DNA of 61,574 nucleotides, from positions 1,612 to 63,185 of the forward strand of contig JAAXJX010000050.1 in NCBI GenBank assembly GCA_012269595.1, given 5' to 3'. The stretch comes from Planctomycetia bacterium (lineage in GTDB: Bacteria; Planctomycetota; UBA8108; UBA1146). The notes beneath the pieces are model-generated. The model ran no database searches, had not been told where the DNA came from, and worked only from the letters and a program-made list of their open reading frames with translations. Below are positions 49,349 to 60,600 of this stretch, one piece after another (position 1 is the stretch's first letter; every line of letters starts with the position of its first letter). The translations under genes and the position numbers were made by a program.

Positions 49349-50908
49349 ATGTCCACCTTGAACGAATTCAAAATCGAACCCAAGGTCACGATCTTCAGAC
49401 CAACTGCAGAAGAGTTGCGGGCGTTGACGGCGGAAATGCCAAATGCCTTTCATACTTCCTTCGACAACTACAACGTTCACGCAAAGGTCGACTCGCGCTC
49501 GAAAAAGTCGACTTACGTGATCGACGATGATCCGACTCGCCACAGTGACCAGTGCGTCACCCGCGAGGAAGCGGATCGTCTGGCTGCCATGCAGGATGAG
49601 TTCATTCGTGGCGCAGAGATGATCTGTGTGGATGGATACATCGGCAATCACCCCCAGTACCGCACTTCTGCCCGTCTTTGGATTGAAAAAGCCCACGCCA
49701 ATATCGCAGGGATGCAGAACCTCCTTTACTACCCCCTGGACGGGGACGAGGGGGAAGACTGGAATCCGACCCTGACCGTGGTTTACACCCCCAGTGTCAA
49801 GGCAGAGGGTTACCCGGATGATCGCGTCATCACCGTTGATCTCGAGGCCGGTGTCACCCGCGTCATGAACTCCGATTACTTCGGTGAGTCGAAAAAGGGT
49901 GGCCTGCGCATGTGGAATGCCATGGTCTACAACCAGGGTGGCCTGCCCCTTCATGCCGGCTGCAAGGTGATCCCCGTGGAAGACACCGCGAAGTGCGCCC
50001 TGATCGTCGGACTCAGCGGCACAGGAAAGACCACAACGACCTTTACCCGCCAGAACGGTTCGGGACCGGTTCAGGATGACTTTGTGGCATGGATGCCGGA
50101 TGGAGTGATCCAGTCCACCGAGAATGGTTGTTTCGCAAAGACTTTCGCACTCTCAGTAGAAGATGAGCCGACGATTCACGCCGCTGTTTGTCGTCATGAG
50201 TCTTACCTTGAGAACGTGGCACAAAAAGATGATGGAAGTGTCGATTTCTTCGACGAGTCCTACACACAGAATGGCCGTGCGGTGATCCGCATGCAGGATG
50301 TGGACGGTGCCATCGATGCACGGGAAGTTCCCAAGGCGGATTTCCTGCTCATCCTCAACTGCAACGAAAACATCATCCCGGGAGTTTGCAAACTCGACAA
50401 CAAGCAGGCAGCAGCCTACTTCATGCTTGGTGAAACTCAGGGAACCAGTGCTGGCGGAAAAGATGAAGCAGGCAAGTTCCTGCGAGTCCCGGGAACGAAT
50501 CCTTTCTTCCCGCTGCTCCATGCCCAGCAGGGAAATCGCTTCCTCGAGTTGCTCAAGAAGCAGCCGTTGGAAGTTTACCTGATGAACACCGGGCGAGTGG
50601 GTGGACCCGCCACCGACGATCGCTCGAAAAAGGTTCGCATTCCTCACTCCAGTGCCATCGTCAAAGGCATTGCTGAGAACACCATTACCTGGGAAGCCGA
50701 CCCTGATTTCGGATACCAGGTAGCCAGTGCAGTTCCGGGAATTCCTGCTGAGGACATTGGAATCCTTCAGCCCAGAGTTCTCTACGCTGAACAAGGCAGG
50801 GGTGACGAATACGGCGACCATGTCAGCAGGATCCAGAAGGAGCGTGTCGAGTACATGAACTCCTTCCCTGGACTCGACGAGGAGATCATTTCCGCTCTCA
50901 CCAGTTGA
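49349..50908 (+). CDS. pckA: Phosphoenolpyruvate carboxykinase (ATP), divergent subtype
   Basis: YFGESKKG, LHAGC, GLSGTGKTT, QDD, ENGCFAKT, LENV, TQNGR, YLMNTG. Confidence 0.88.
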   Translation: MSTLNEFKIEPKVTIFRPTAEELRALTAEMPNAFHTSFDNYNVHAKVDSRSKKSTYVIDDDPTRHSDQCVTREEADRLAAMQDEFIRGAEMICVDGYIGNHPQYRTSARLWIEKAHANIAGMQNLLYYPLDGDEGEDWNPTLTVVYTPSVKAEGYPDDRVITVDLEAGVTRVMNSDYFGESKKGGLRMWNAMVYNQGGLPLHAGCKVIPVEDTAKCALIVGLSGTGKTTTTFTRQNGSGPVQDDFVAWMPDGVIQSTENGCFAKTFALSVEDEPTIHAAVCRHESYLENVAQKDDGSVDFFDESYTQNGRAVIRMQDVDGAIDAREVPKADFLLILNCNENIIPGVCKLDNKQAAAYFMLGETQGTSAGGKDEAGKFLRVPGTNPFFPLLHAQQGNRFLELLKKQPLEVYLMNTGRVGGPATDDRSKKVRIPHSSAIVKGIAENTITWEADPDFGYQVASAVPGIPAEDIGILQPRVLYAEQGRGDEYGDHVSRIQKERVEYMNSFPGLDEEIISALTS

Positions 50909-50937
50909 AATGGTGTCCCGTCCGATAGGAACGACGG

Positions 50938-51771
50938 TTGACTCCTGATTCATTCGGTGCTTTGACCAATATCATCGTGATTCTGCTGACCGTGTTTTAC
51001 GGTTCGCTGATCACGAGTGAGTTGTTGCATGCCAGAAAAGCTGTATCCACAGCCGATCAGACGAAACCTCGCCTTCTTTGGCTCAACCTCGTCTTGTTGC
51101 TTCATTTTTCTGTGGTGCTTGCCCGTGGATTTGAAGTGGGATCCTGCCCGGTTGGATCACGCTGGGAAGCTCTCTCGTTATTGGCATTTCTCATCGCGTT
51201 TTTGCAGTGGTTTCTGGTGGTGATCAGCAAGGATCGGTCGACGCTCCTTTACGGGTTGTCTCTCGCGTTTTTACTGCAGTTGGGCTCGACTACTTTCAGT
51301 CTGACTTTTGAGGGTCAATCGGTACCGGTACTCGATTCCATCCGCTCACTACATGCTTTCTCTGCCCTTTTCGGAGTTGCGGGTGTGGCGATCGCCGGGA
51401 TCCATGGAATCCTTTGGGAACTCCTCAGGCGTTCGATAAAAAAAGGGCAGTTCGGTGTTCTGTTCAATCAGCTGTCGAGTCTCGAGTCGCTTTCAAGACT
51501 GGTCAAACTTGCAACGGTCATTTCTGCGGTCACTTTGACGATCACTGTCGCGAGCGCTTTCTTGCTTGTGGATGAATCCAATCGTGATCGTTCATTGGGG
51601 TATGAAAGCCTGGCGACACTTCTGACCTGGTTGATCTTTTCCATACTGGCAATCTTTCCCAGAGCGACCCATAGCGTCACTGTTTGGCGGACATGGTTTT
51701 CCATCGCAGGCTTTGCGGTTGTCATCTTTGTGATCGTTTATGGATCCCTGAATGGATTCCACGCGGCATGA
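50938..51771 (+). CDS. CcsA/HemX-like cytochrome c assembly family membrane protein
   Basis: About 8 TM segments; CP....EAL, LHA, LSSLE.L and C-terminal GFH; ATGA overlap with hemA. Confidence 0.75.
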   Translation: MTPDSFGALTNIIVILLTVFYGSLITSELLHARKAVSTADQTKPRLLWLNLVLLLHFSVVLARGFEVGSCPVGSRWEALSLLAFLIAFLQWFLVVISKDRSTLLYGLSLAFLLQLGSTTFSLTFEGQSVPVLDSIRSLHAFSALFGVAGVAIAGIHGILWELLRRSIKKGQFGVLFNQLSSLESLSRLVKLATVISAVTLTITVASAFLLVDESNRDRSLGYESLATLLTWLIFSILAIFPRATHSVTVWRTWFSIAGFAVVIFVIVYGSLNGFHAA

Positions 51772-53048
51772 AGGTCTACAGTCTCACGGTCTGCCACAAG
51801 GTTTTCCCGATTGAGTTACGGGAGAAAATCGCTTTCACCGACGAAGAAGCCACGACGTTTCTGAAAGATTTGAAAGCCAAGCATTCCATCGAAGAAGCGC
51901 TGCTTGTTTCCACCTGTAATCGAACCGAATTGTTCATCGGTACAGCGGATGTTCACAGGGGGCTGACTTCTCTGGAAGAGGTATTACAGATCTGGGAGAG
52001 GGAAAGAAATTTCACGCTGCCACTTTGCCCTCCGCCCAACATCGTCGATCACCACCATTCGGTGGAGAGACTGCTGAGGGTGACCGCAGGTCTGGAAAGC
52101 CAGATCGTCGGCGAGTCAGAAATTCAGGGTCAGGTTCGTAATGCCATGAATCTCTCCGCAGATGCAGGAGTCAATGGACCCGTGATTCTGAAGTTGTGGG
52201 AGAAGGCGTTGCGTTGCGGAAAACGTGTACGCGCTGAAACCTCGCTGGGAGATGGTGCTCTCTCTGTGGCATACGGAGCACTGGAAGTCGCAAGAAAGAT
52301 TTTCGGTGGTTTGTCCAAATTGAATGTGACGATTATTGGTGCAGGAGAGGTCGCTGAGCTGGTTTTGCAAAACCTTCAGGGCCAACAGACGAAGAGTCTC
52401 AAGATTCTCAATCGCAGCCGTGAACGGGCGGAGCATCTTGCCCGGGAATACGACGCCCAGTTGGGTGGTCTCGATGAGTTGCCACAGGTATTGGCAGGGT
52501 CTGATCTGGTAGTGGTCTCTACCGGAGCCAGCGAACCGATCATTACAAATGAATTGGTTCGGCAGGCACAATCAGAAAGAAAAGGGGGGGCTCTGCTCCT
52601 CGTTGATCTGGGGCTTCCTCGGGATGTGGAAGAGGAAGCTGGTTCACTGGCAGACGTCTTTCTTTTCAACCTTGATGATTTGGCTCGACTCGTGGAAGGC
52701 AATCTGCAGAAGCGCAGGGAGGCGATTCCCGAAGCAGAGCAGATCGTCCAGCATGAGGCGCGGCAGTTTGCAAACTGGCTGGAATCCAGAAGATTGGATC
52801 CGGCAATCCGCTCATTGAGGAATGCTCTTGAGTCTGCTGGTCTCAAAGAACTGGAACAGATGAAGGCAGAGCTGAACCCTGAAGAATTTGAGCGTATGGA
52901 AAAAGTGGTTCGCAAGGTGATCAATCGCCTTCTTCACAAATCCACTCAGGAACTGAAAGAGTCTTCTGGACAGTTGGAAAAAGGGTTCCTCTCCCAATTG
53001 GAATCCTTCTTTCAGATTGATCCGAAGAGTGAGGAAGAGTCTTCATGA
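51768..53048 (+). CDS. hemA: Glutamyl-tRNA reductase
   Basis: LREK.AF, STCNRTE, GLESQIVGESEI.GQV, IGAGE, NRS.ERA, DLG.PRD. Confidence 0.96.
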   Translation: MKVYSLTVCHKVFPIELREKIAFTDEEATTFLKDLKAKHSIEEALLVSTCNRTELFIGTADVHRGLTSLEEVLQIWERERNFTLPLCPPPNIVDHHHSVERLLRVTAGLESQIVGESEIQGQVRNAMNLSADAGVNGPVILKLWEKALRCGKRVRAETSLGDGALSVAYGALEVARKIFGGLSKLNVTIIGAGEVAELVLQNLQGQQTKSLKILNRSRERAEHLAREYDAQLGGLDELPQVLAGSDLVVVSTGASEPIITNELVRQAQSERKGGALLLVDLGLPRDVEEEAGSLADVFLFNLDDLARLVEGNLQKRREAIPEAEQIVQHEARQFANWLESRRLDPAIRSLRNALESAGLKELEQMKAELNPEEFERMEKVVRKVINRLLHKSTQELKESSGQLEKGFLSQLESFFQIDPKSEEESS

Positions 53049-53974
53049 AAATTCGATTGGGAACCCGTGCCAGTTTGCTCGCCAGAACCCAGTCAGGCTG
53101 GGTCGCTGATCAACTGCGAGCTTTCGAGCCGGGACTGGAGATCGAGGAAGTTCTGATCGAAACCGGGGGGGACCAGGATCAGGAAACTCCCCTTCATGAA
53201 GCAGGGGCACCGGGTGTGTTCACTGCGGAGGTGGAGAGAGCGTTGCTCGATGGTCGTGTGGATCTTGCGGTTCACTCACTCAAGGATCTGCCGATCCAGC
53301 AACCGGAAGGTCTGATTCTTGCTGCGATTCCTGAGAGGGAAGACCCCAGGGATGCGTGGATTTCAGCGGACCATGCCTCCCTTGTGGATTTGCCAGAGGG
53401 CTCTGTGGTTGCGACAGGATCACTTCGCAGACGGAGCCAGATTCTGCATCGCCATCCACATTTGAAGGTGGAGGGGATTCGGGGAAATATCGATACCCGC
53501 CTGGCCAAGTATCGTGAACAAGGTGCGGCAGGGTTGATTCTGGCTGCCTCAGGAATGAACCGGGTTTCAAGGCAGGGAGATTATCGTGCCCTGATTTCAG
53601 TGACGGAGATGACCCCTGCGCCGGGCCAGGGAGCCCTGGCAGTGGAAGTTCGTCAAGCGGATGAAGATCTGGTCCGCATCGTTTCAAAGTTGGATCACCG
53701 GGAAACCCGTGAGTGTGTGACAGCGGAGCGCGCTCTGTTGTCTGGCCTCGGAGGAGGCTGCCACCTGCCAGTGGGAGCGATCGCCGGAGTTTCCGGAGAT
53801 CATCTGAGTTTGTGTGGTGTGCTTGGATCTCTCGATGGTGAGAAACTGGTGAGGTTGTCAGCAGAGGGGCCGAGGACCGATGCCATCGGGATTGGCACCG
53901 AATTGTCAGCGTTGATCCGGAGAACCGGAGGTGAGGAAATCCTCGCCAAACTGGATGCAGGATTGAATACGTGA
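53045..53974 (+). CDS. hemC: Hydroxymethylbilane synthase
   Basis: GTR.S.LA..Q, AVHSLKDLP, SLRR, IRGNIDTR, PAPGQGAL, GGCH.P. Confidence 0.97.
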   Translation: MKIRLGTRASLLARTQSGWVADQLRAFEPGLEIEEVLIETGGDQDQETPLHEAGAPGVFTAEVERALLDGRVDLAVHSLKDLPIQQPEGLILAAIPEREDPRDAWISADHASLVDLPEGSVVATGSLRRRSQILHRHPHLKVEGIRGNIDTRLAKYREQGAAGLILAASGMNRVSRQGDYRALISVTEMTPAPGQGALAVEVRQADEDLVRIVSKLDHRETRECVTAERALLSGLGGGCHLPVGAIAGVSGDHLSLCGVLGSLDGEKLVRLSAEGPRTDAIGIGTELSALIRRTGGEEILAKLDAGLNT

Positions 53975-54762
53975 TGGTTTCTTCAGAACTTCAGGGGAGC
54001 TCCTGGATTCTTACCCGGCCGGCGGAGCGATCCGCACCCTGGGCAAACTTTCTGGAGAATCATGGAGCGCAAGTCCATTGTGACCCGGTACTCCAATTGA
54101 GCCCGGTCAAGGGAGAGATCGACTGGGAGCCGGTCGGCTCCGCTTCCATGTGGGTCTTTTCCAGTGCGACCACCGTTCGGCATTTCTTTTCGCTGTTGCC
54201 CGACTCTTTGTCCTCCTCCTTGATCAAAGAAGAGAAACCGTTGTTTGCCGCTGTTGGCGACGCCACCGCTGAAGCGATCAGGGCCGCAGGCCAGTCGGTC
54301 ACCTGTCAGGGGCCCGGGACAGGGGCGGATGATCTCGTTCGGATCATTCTCTCGGGACCGAAGGTGGACTCAGCGGTCCACGTGACCAGCGATGCCGGCT
54401 TGCCGGTGATTCAACAGGGCCTGTCTGACGGAGGCATCCCGTGTGAGCGGGTGGAGGTCAGTGAATCGACTCGGGTTCCCGATCTGGATATTTCCCGCTG
54501 GAAAAGCCTCCGCGAAAATTGGAGTGGGATTGTCTACAGCAGCCCAGCCACCGTGGAGGGGGTTTTGGCCCAATCCGGGCCTTTGGCCGACTGGGTTCGG
54601 GCGATTCCCGGGATTGCAGTCGGGGTGAGAACCGCTGAGGCTATGCGGTCTGCCGGGATCCTGCAGCGACATGTCGCCGCCTCGGCGGACCTCGAAGGGC
54701 TCTATGAGGTGTGCGTTTCAGCGATTTCTGCTGGTAACATGGGGCCCAACCTGAAAGATTGA
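53971..54762 (+). CDS. hemD: Uroporphyrinogen-III synthase
   Basis: LTRP, VFSS, AVGDATA, YSSP, AVG.RTA; located after hemC. Confidence 0.85.
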   Translation: MMVSSELQGSSWILTRPAERSAPWANFLENHGAQVHCDPVLQLSPVKGEIDWEPVGSASMWVFSSATTVRHFFSLLPDSLSSSLIKEEKPLFAAVGDATAEAIRAAGQSVTCQGPGTGADDLVRIILSGPKVDSAVHVTSDAGLPVIQQGLSDGGIPCERVEVSESTRVPDLDISRWKSLRENWSGIVYSSPATVEGVLAQSGPLADWVRAIPGIAVGVRTAEAMRSAGILQRHVAASADLEGLYEVCVSAISAGNMGPNLKD

Positions 54763-54807
54763 TGGGGCAGACCTCCCGCCGGGGGGGCTGGGGAAAGGGA
54801 TAGACTC

Positions 54808-55845
54808 TTGGATCTTGAAAACTCACTTCTGATTCGCAAACTTCGCCGACAGCCCACCGAGAGAACTCCGGTCTGGTTCATGCGTCAGGCAGGAAGATAC
54901 CTGCCCGGCTACCAGCGGATTCGCAAGGGGATGAATTTCCTCGATCTGTGCAAGGATCCTGATCTTGCCGCGGAAGTCACCGTCGAACCCCTGGAAGTTC
55001 TGAATGTGGATGCCGTGATCATCTTCAGCGACATTCTCGTGCCCCTGGAGGCAATGGGACTGGGCGTGGAATTTGGTGATCGTGGACCCTGCATGTCGGA
55101 TCCTCTGAGCAGCCGTGCAGACATCGATGCTCTGCGAGTCCCGGATCCGGTAGCAGAAACCGGATTTGTGATGGACGTCATCCGAACCGTTCACCGCCAT
55201 GTCAATGGGCGGGTTCCTGTCCTCGGCTTTGCGGGGGCTCCCTGGACCCTGACCTGTTATGCCCTTGAAGGGTCCCCCAGCAGAACTTTCGCCGCTGCCC
55301 AGAGGATGCTCTATGAATCTCCGGCGGATGTGCATGTCCTGATGGAAAAGATTGCCGATACGGTCACCGAATACCTCAAGGCTCAGATCGCCGCGGGGGC
55401 CAACGCCGTGCAGCTTTTCGATTCGTGGGGAGGAATGCTCTCCCACCAGGCCTTCGATGAGTTCTCTCTCCATTATTGCCGCAGAATCCTCGAAGGACTC
55501 GACGGTTGTGGTGTTCCGCGAATTCTCTTTATTCGCGGTGCTGGCAGCCACCTTGAAAAGATCGCCCGCATGGTCGATGAGGTCGGAGTCGAGGCTGTTG
55601 GCCTCGATGAAATGATTCCGCCGGAGCAGGCGATCCGGGTCTTTGGAGATCGTTGTGCCCTGCAGGGCAATCTCCCCCCGCAGGCCCTGTTTGCTCCCCA
55701 GGAGGATCTGCTCCAGAGAGTCCGCAACCTGCAAGAGGCGTTCAAGGATCATCCGGGGCACGTCTTCAATCTGGGGCATGGAATCCTGCCTCCGACTCCT
55801 GTGCCAAATGTGCAGGCGGTGGTTCGGGAGATCCGTGGGGAGTGA
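54808..55845 (+). CDS. hemE: Uroporphyrinogen decarboxylase
   Basis: PVWFMRQAGRYLP, IFSDIL, GFAGAPWTL, QLFDSW, QGNL.P, FNLGHGI. Confidence 0.97.
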   Translation: MDLENSLLIRKLRRQPTERTPVWFMRQAGRYLPGYQRIRKGMNFLDLCKDPDLAAEVTVEPLEVLNVDAVIIFSDILVPLEAMGLGVEFGDRGPCMSDPLSSRADIDALRVPDPVAETGFVMDVIRTVHRHVNGRVPVLGFAGAPWTLTCYALEGSPSRTFAAAQRMLYESPADVHVLMEKIADTVTEYLKAQIAAGANAVQLFDSWGGMLSHQAFDEFSLHYCRRILEGLDGCGVPRILFIRGAGSHLEKIARMVDEVGVEAVGLDEMIPPEQAIRVFGDRCALQGNLPPQALFAPQEDLLQRVRNLQEAFKDHPGHVFNLGHGILPPTPVPNVQAVVREIRGE

Positions 55846-57202
55846 TCCCCGCCGACGGATTGCTGTCATCGGTGGGGGGATCGCAGGTCTCTCTGCTGCC
55901 TGGCGACTTCGGCAAGCCGGTGTTGAAGTGGTGCTCTTCGAGTCCTCTTCCAGGCCGGGAGGCTGGATTCGCACCACTGAGCGGGAGGGTTTTTTGCTCG
56001 AATGGGGCCCCCATTCGGTGCTCCCCTCCAGTCCCAGGCTGATCCAACTCGCTGAGGAAGCGGGAATCTCCGATTCATGGACGAGTGCTGCTGGAGCAGC
56101 CCGACGCAGATATGTCTATCGGGCCGGGAAGGCCCGGGCTCTTCCCGGTTCGCCTTTCGGGATTCCTTTTTCGACGGCTCTCAGCCCCCTCGGATGGTTG
56201 AGGGTTCTCAGCGAACCTTTCCGTTCCAATGGGGGATCAGAAGAGGAATCGGTGAAGGACTTTTTCCAAAGGAGGCTGGGGGCGGAAGCTGCCCGGATTC
56301 TCGCCGATGCCATGGTAGCGGGCATCAGTGGCGGAGTGCCGGAGGATCTGGAGATGGCCTCTTTCGCTCCGGCAGTTGCAGAGATGGAGCGCAAACACGG
56401 GAGCCTGTTCAAGGGTTTGATTTCGAGATCGAGGCCGAAAGGGGTTCCCTTCCGGGGCACCGGAACCCTGAAAAGCGGAATGCAGTCTCTTCCGGAAGCA
56501 CTTGCCCGAGGGCTCGGAGAAGCCTACCAAGGAAGTAATACCGTCACCGAAATGTACCGGGAAAATCACCGCTGGAATTTGTCGGTGGAGGGGGCGTACA
56601 GCGGGGATACGGCTGGCTTTGATGGCGTAATCCTGGCGACCCCCTCAGCGGTCTCTGCAAAATTGGCCCGTCCTCATAATTTACGCCTCAGTGGCCTACT
56701 GGAATCAATTTCATACGCTTCCATGGTGCTCGTACAAATCGCATACGATGCCTCAAAGTGCCGTTTCAAGCCGGATGGCTTCGGTTTCCTCGTTCCCCGT
56801 CAGCAATCCCTGCAGATACTCGGAGCGATCTGGTCCTCTTCCATTTTCCCCTGGAGGGCTCCCTCCGGAAGGGATCTGGCGACCATATTCATGGGTGGAA
56901 CCCGTGACCCCCTCCTGGGTGAGAGGTCCGATGAAGAGATCCTCGAAAGAGCGATTCCGGACATGCAACGGGTCCACGGTAGCGGGTTCGATGCTGATTG
57001 GTGTGAGGTCGGACGGGCCCCCGTGGCGATTCCCCAAGCTCGCAGAGGCCATGGTCGAAAAGTGTACGCCCTCCGCAACGAGTGCTCCCTCCTGGATGGC
57101 CTCGAGCTCGCAGGAGGCTATCTCGATGGCATCTCGCTGGAGAACTGTGCTCGATCGGGCCAGTGGGCTGCAGAGAGATTGCTTCAGGAAACCGGTTCCT
57201 GA
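55835..57202 (+). CDS. hemY: HemY-type protoporphyrinogen/coproporphyrinogen oxidase
   Basis: GTG start with GGGAG RBS; IGGGIAGL.AA, GGWIRT, EWGP, E..HGSL..G, GFGFLVP, SS.FP.RAP. Confidence 0.92.
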   Translation: MGSDPRRRIAVIGGGIAGLSAAWRLRQAGVEVVLFESSSRPGGWIRTTEREGFLLEWGPHSVLPSSPRLIQLAEEAGISDSWTSAAGAARRRYVYRAGKARALPGSPFGIPFSTALSPLGWLRVLSEPFRSNGGSEEESVKDFFQRRLGAEAARILADAMVAGISGGVPEDLEMASFAPAVAEMERKHGSLFKGLISRSRPKGVPFRGTGTLKSGMQSLPEALARGLGEAYQGSNTVTEMYRENHRWNLSVEGAYSGDTAGFDGVILATPSAVSAKLARPHNLRLSGLLESISYASMVLVQIAYDASKCRFKPDGFGFLVPRQQSLQILGAIWSSSIFPWRAPSGRDLATIFMGGTRDPLLGERSDEEILERAIPDMQRVHGSGFDADWCEVGRAPVAIPQARRGHGRKVYALRNECSLLDGLELAGGYLDGISLENCARSGQWAAERLLQETGS

Positions 57203-57698
57203 GGATCACTGGGGGCGTTCCTTACCCCGTTCCGCCACAAAAGAAGTGAAAAGAACCGCCGGAATCACGGTGGTTTGAAATCACCGGTTTGAGTGGGGGC
57301 ATGCAAGTCTTTTATGACAGGTGATGTTCGTCACTCGATAAAAAACCGGAAACGATTTCCGAATCCTGCCTCCCCCAAACAGCGTGCCCAAAAAAACTTT
57401 CAATAATCAGCCTTCAACGGATAACCACCCTAGGCAGATTGCCGCTCAGGGATAAATTAGAGCCACTCTTCCAAAAACAATTCGGCCGGGAATCCCATCC
57501 CTCAGGGCATGCAATCCATCCCTGGCTGTGGCATCAGCAACAGCCCCCTGTCACTTCGGTGACTCTGCATCTCCTGCTTTCTTGGAGTTTCGGCCGTCCC
57601 AGACAAGTCAAACCCTGTTGTTTACCGGATCGGGCTTTCCCCGGTCCTGAATACACCCTTTGCGACCTGCGTTTTGCAGGTTTATTGGAGGTCAACCC

Positions 57699-60600
57699 AT
57701 GAAGACGTCTCCCCTCGCCTTCCTGGTGTTTGTGATTCACCTTGTTGCGGTCACCACTTTTGTGGGTGCCCAGTGCGACCCTGTTGTCGACTGCAACGGG
57801 AATGGAGTCTTGGACAGTTGCGATATCGCTGATCACAACAGCGACGATTGCGACGGTGATGGCATTCCTGATGAGTGCCAGATCAGCTCTGACCCGAGCC
57901 TGGACTGCAACCAGGATCTGATCCTCGATGCTTGCGAGAGCAGCCTCGAGCAGATCCTGAATGGTTCCGGATCGGATTATGGCAAGGGCCTGGACATGAC
58001 GTCCAACTGGCTCGCCATAGGAGCACCGAATCATTCGACCGGAGGAAACTCCGTCGGCGCTGTCCATCTTTACCGCAATATCGGTAGTAGCTGGGTTTCT
58101 GCAGGAATGCTGCAGGCACCATCTCTCTCTGATGGAGCAGAGTTCGGCTACAGCGTTGCGATCACGGATGACCTTCTCGTGGTTGGAGCGCCGGGGACCG
58201 ACAGCATCAGCAACTCCGATGAGGGTGCCGCCTACATCTACCGCAGAAGTGGCCTGAACTGGATTCTTGAACAGGTTCTTGAGCCTGCAGGAAGCAACAG
58301 TGACGCCGAGTTTGGTATCTCCGTTGATGTCGACGGCGAGCGTGTGGCTGTCGGTGCATGGTACGCATTGACCACCAGTGATTCCGGCAGTGTCTACCTT
58401 TACAGCAATGATGGAAACGGTTGGAACCTCGACCAGTTGATCGAATCCCCCGATTCCAGTGGAGACAAGCACTTCGGAGCTTCTATTGAGCTTTCGGGCG
58501 ATTTTGTTGCCGTTTCCGATCCGCGTGCGGATGCCGGGCCGGTCGATGACGCCGGTGCTGTCTACATCTACAGGGCATTCAATGCGAGCCTCTGGGCGTT
58601 TTCACAGAAGATCACCTCTTCTTCGCCTGTCGATGGAGGCAAGTTTGGTTACTCCATCGATTTGCAGGATGGCCAGCTTTTTGTGGGTGCTCCCAACAGT
58701 GGATCTGATGCCCGGGGAGAGGCGCATCTGTTCACTCTTGGCGGCAGCATCTTCAGTTTTGAGATTGCTTTCACCGGTCTTTCCTCCAACTCAAACCTTG
58801 GACAGGACGTGGCAGTTGCCGACGGTGGCCTTGCTGCCGGTGCCTGGAAAGCCAATGGAAATCTGGGGCAAGTCCTCGTTTTCCAGAAAGACGCCAACGG
58901 AACTTACCAGTTTGAATCCTTTGATCCCCAGGGAGCACAGAGCGGAGACCGCTTTGGTGAGCGTGTTGCCGCGGGTGGACGTTGGATTGCCGGAGCCAGT
59001 TTGGTCGATTCATACGTGGCTCTCGATCGACTGATCGATCTGCCCGACTGTGATGAAAACGGTGTCGATGATCCCTGTGACATTTTCCTCGGAAATTCCC
59101 AGGACTGTAATCAGGACGGTAAACCTGACTCCTGCCAGATTGCTGATGGAGAAGTCTCCGATTGCAACCTGGACGGGATTCCCGATTCCTGCCAGTTGGA
59201 TGACGGCTCTGAGCCCGACTGCAACCTCAACGGTGTGATCGACTCCTGCGATATCGACTTTGGAACCTCTGACGACTGTAACCACAACCAGATTCCCGAC
59301 GATTGTGAATCTGACTGTAACCAGAACGACATCGAGGACAGTTGCGAAATCGCAGCAGGAACCGCTGCGGACTGCAACTCCAACGGACTTCTCGACGAGT
59401 GTGATTTGATTGCAGGAACCGATACGGACTGCAACAACAACTCGATTCTTGACGGTTGTGAAATTGCCGACGGCAATGCCACGGACTGTGATGAAAATGG
59501 AATTTTGGACGTTTGCGATATCCTGCTGGATTTCAACAACGACTGTAACTCCAACCAGATTCTCGACTCCTGCGAGATCGCCAACGGCACGGCCTTTGAC
59601 TGTAACAACAACAGCAAGCCGGATATCTGCGACGTTGCATTCGGTATTTCACCGGATTGTGACAATGACCTGATTCCCGACGAGTGCGAGTTGCAGGATG
59701 GCAGTGAGCCGGACTGTAACGGCAACAACATTCCCGACTCCTGCGATATTCTTGCGGGAATCGAGCAGGACTGCGAAGGAAACGGTATCCCGGACACCTG
59801 TGACGTTGCCAATGGTGCTCTGGACTGTAATGAAAACAATGTCCCCGACGTTTGCGAAGTGGATGTTGATACCCAGCTGCCGACCTTCGAAGGCCTGAGT
59901 GGTGACCTTTCCATCAGTGCTCTCGAGGGAAGCTGCGAAGCACCGGCAACATGGTCTGAGCCGACCGTCACGGATGATTGTGGCGTCGCTTCTGTTGTCA
60001 GCAGTCACACCTCCGGAGATTCTTTCCCGGTGGGTGACACTCTGGTGACCTACACGGCCACCGATGTCAGCGGCAACGTGAACACGGCCTCCTTCACGGT
60101 GACCATCACCGATGATCAGTTGCCTTCCATTGCCAACGGCCCCACGGACATCTCTGTCTCCAACGATGCCGGCACATGTCAGGCTGTGGTGAGCTGGGAT
60201 GAGCCGAGCGCCGCAGACAACTGTGGAATCGCTGATCTTTCCAGCAACCATTCCGCCACCGATTCTTTCCCTGTGGGAACGACCACGGTGACCTACACCG
60301 CAACGGATGTGAATGGCAACCAGACGACCCATTCCTTCAACGTCACTGTTTCTGACGACGATCTTCCGGCGATCCACGGACTGCCCGGACCCGTCTTTGT
60401 GAACAGTAACCCCGGGTTCTGTACCGCAGCAGTCAGCTGGCCGGCACCGACCTTCTCCGACAACTGTGACGATGTCACCGTCGATGTGAATTATCAGTCC
60501 GGTTCCGCATTCACGGTGGGTGTCACCCTGGTGACCTACACTGTCACCGACGCGGCCGGAAACGTTGCCGAGGCCTCCTTCGAGTTGACCGTTCTGGACA

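Noticed and set aside
59046-59855. CRISPR array or DGR template/variable repeat
   Set aside because: The periodicity is at protein level with diverged DNA; there are no identical repeats with spacers, no adenine-specific variation and no cas or reverse transcriptase gene.
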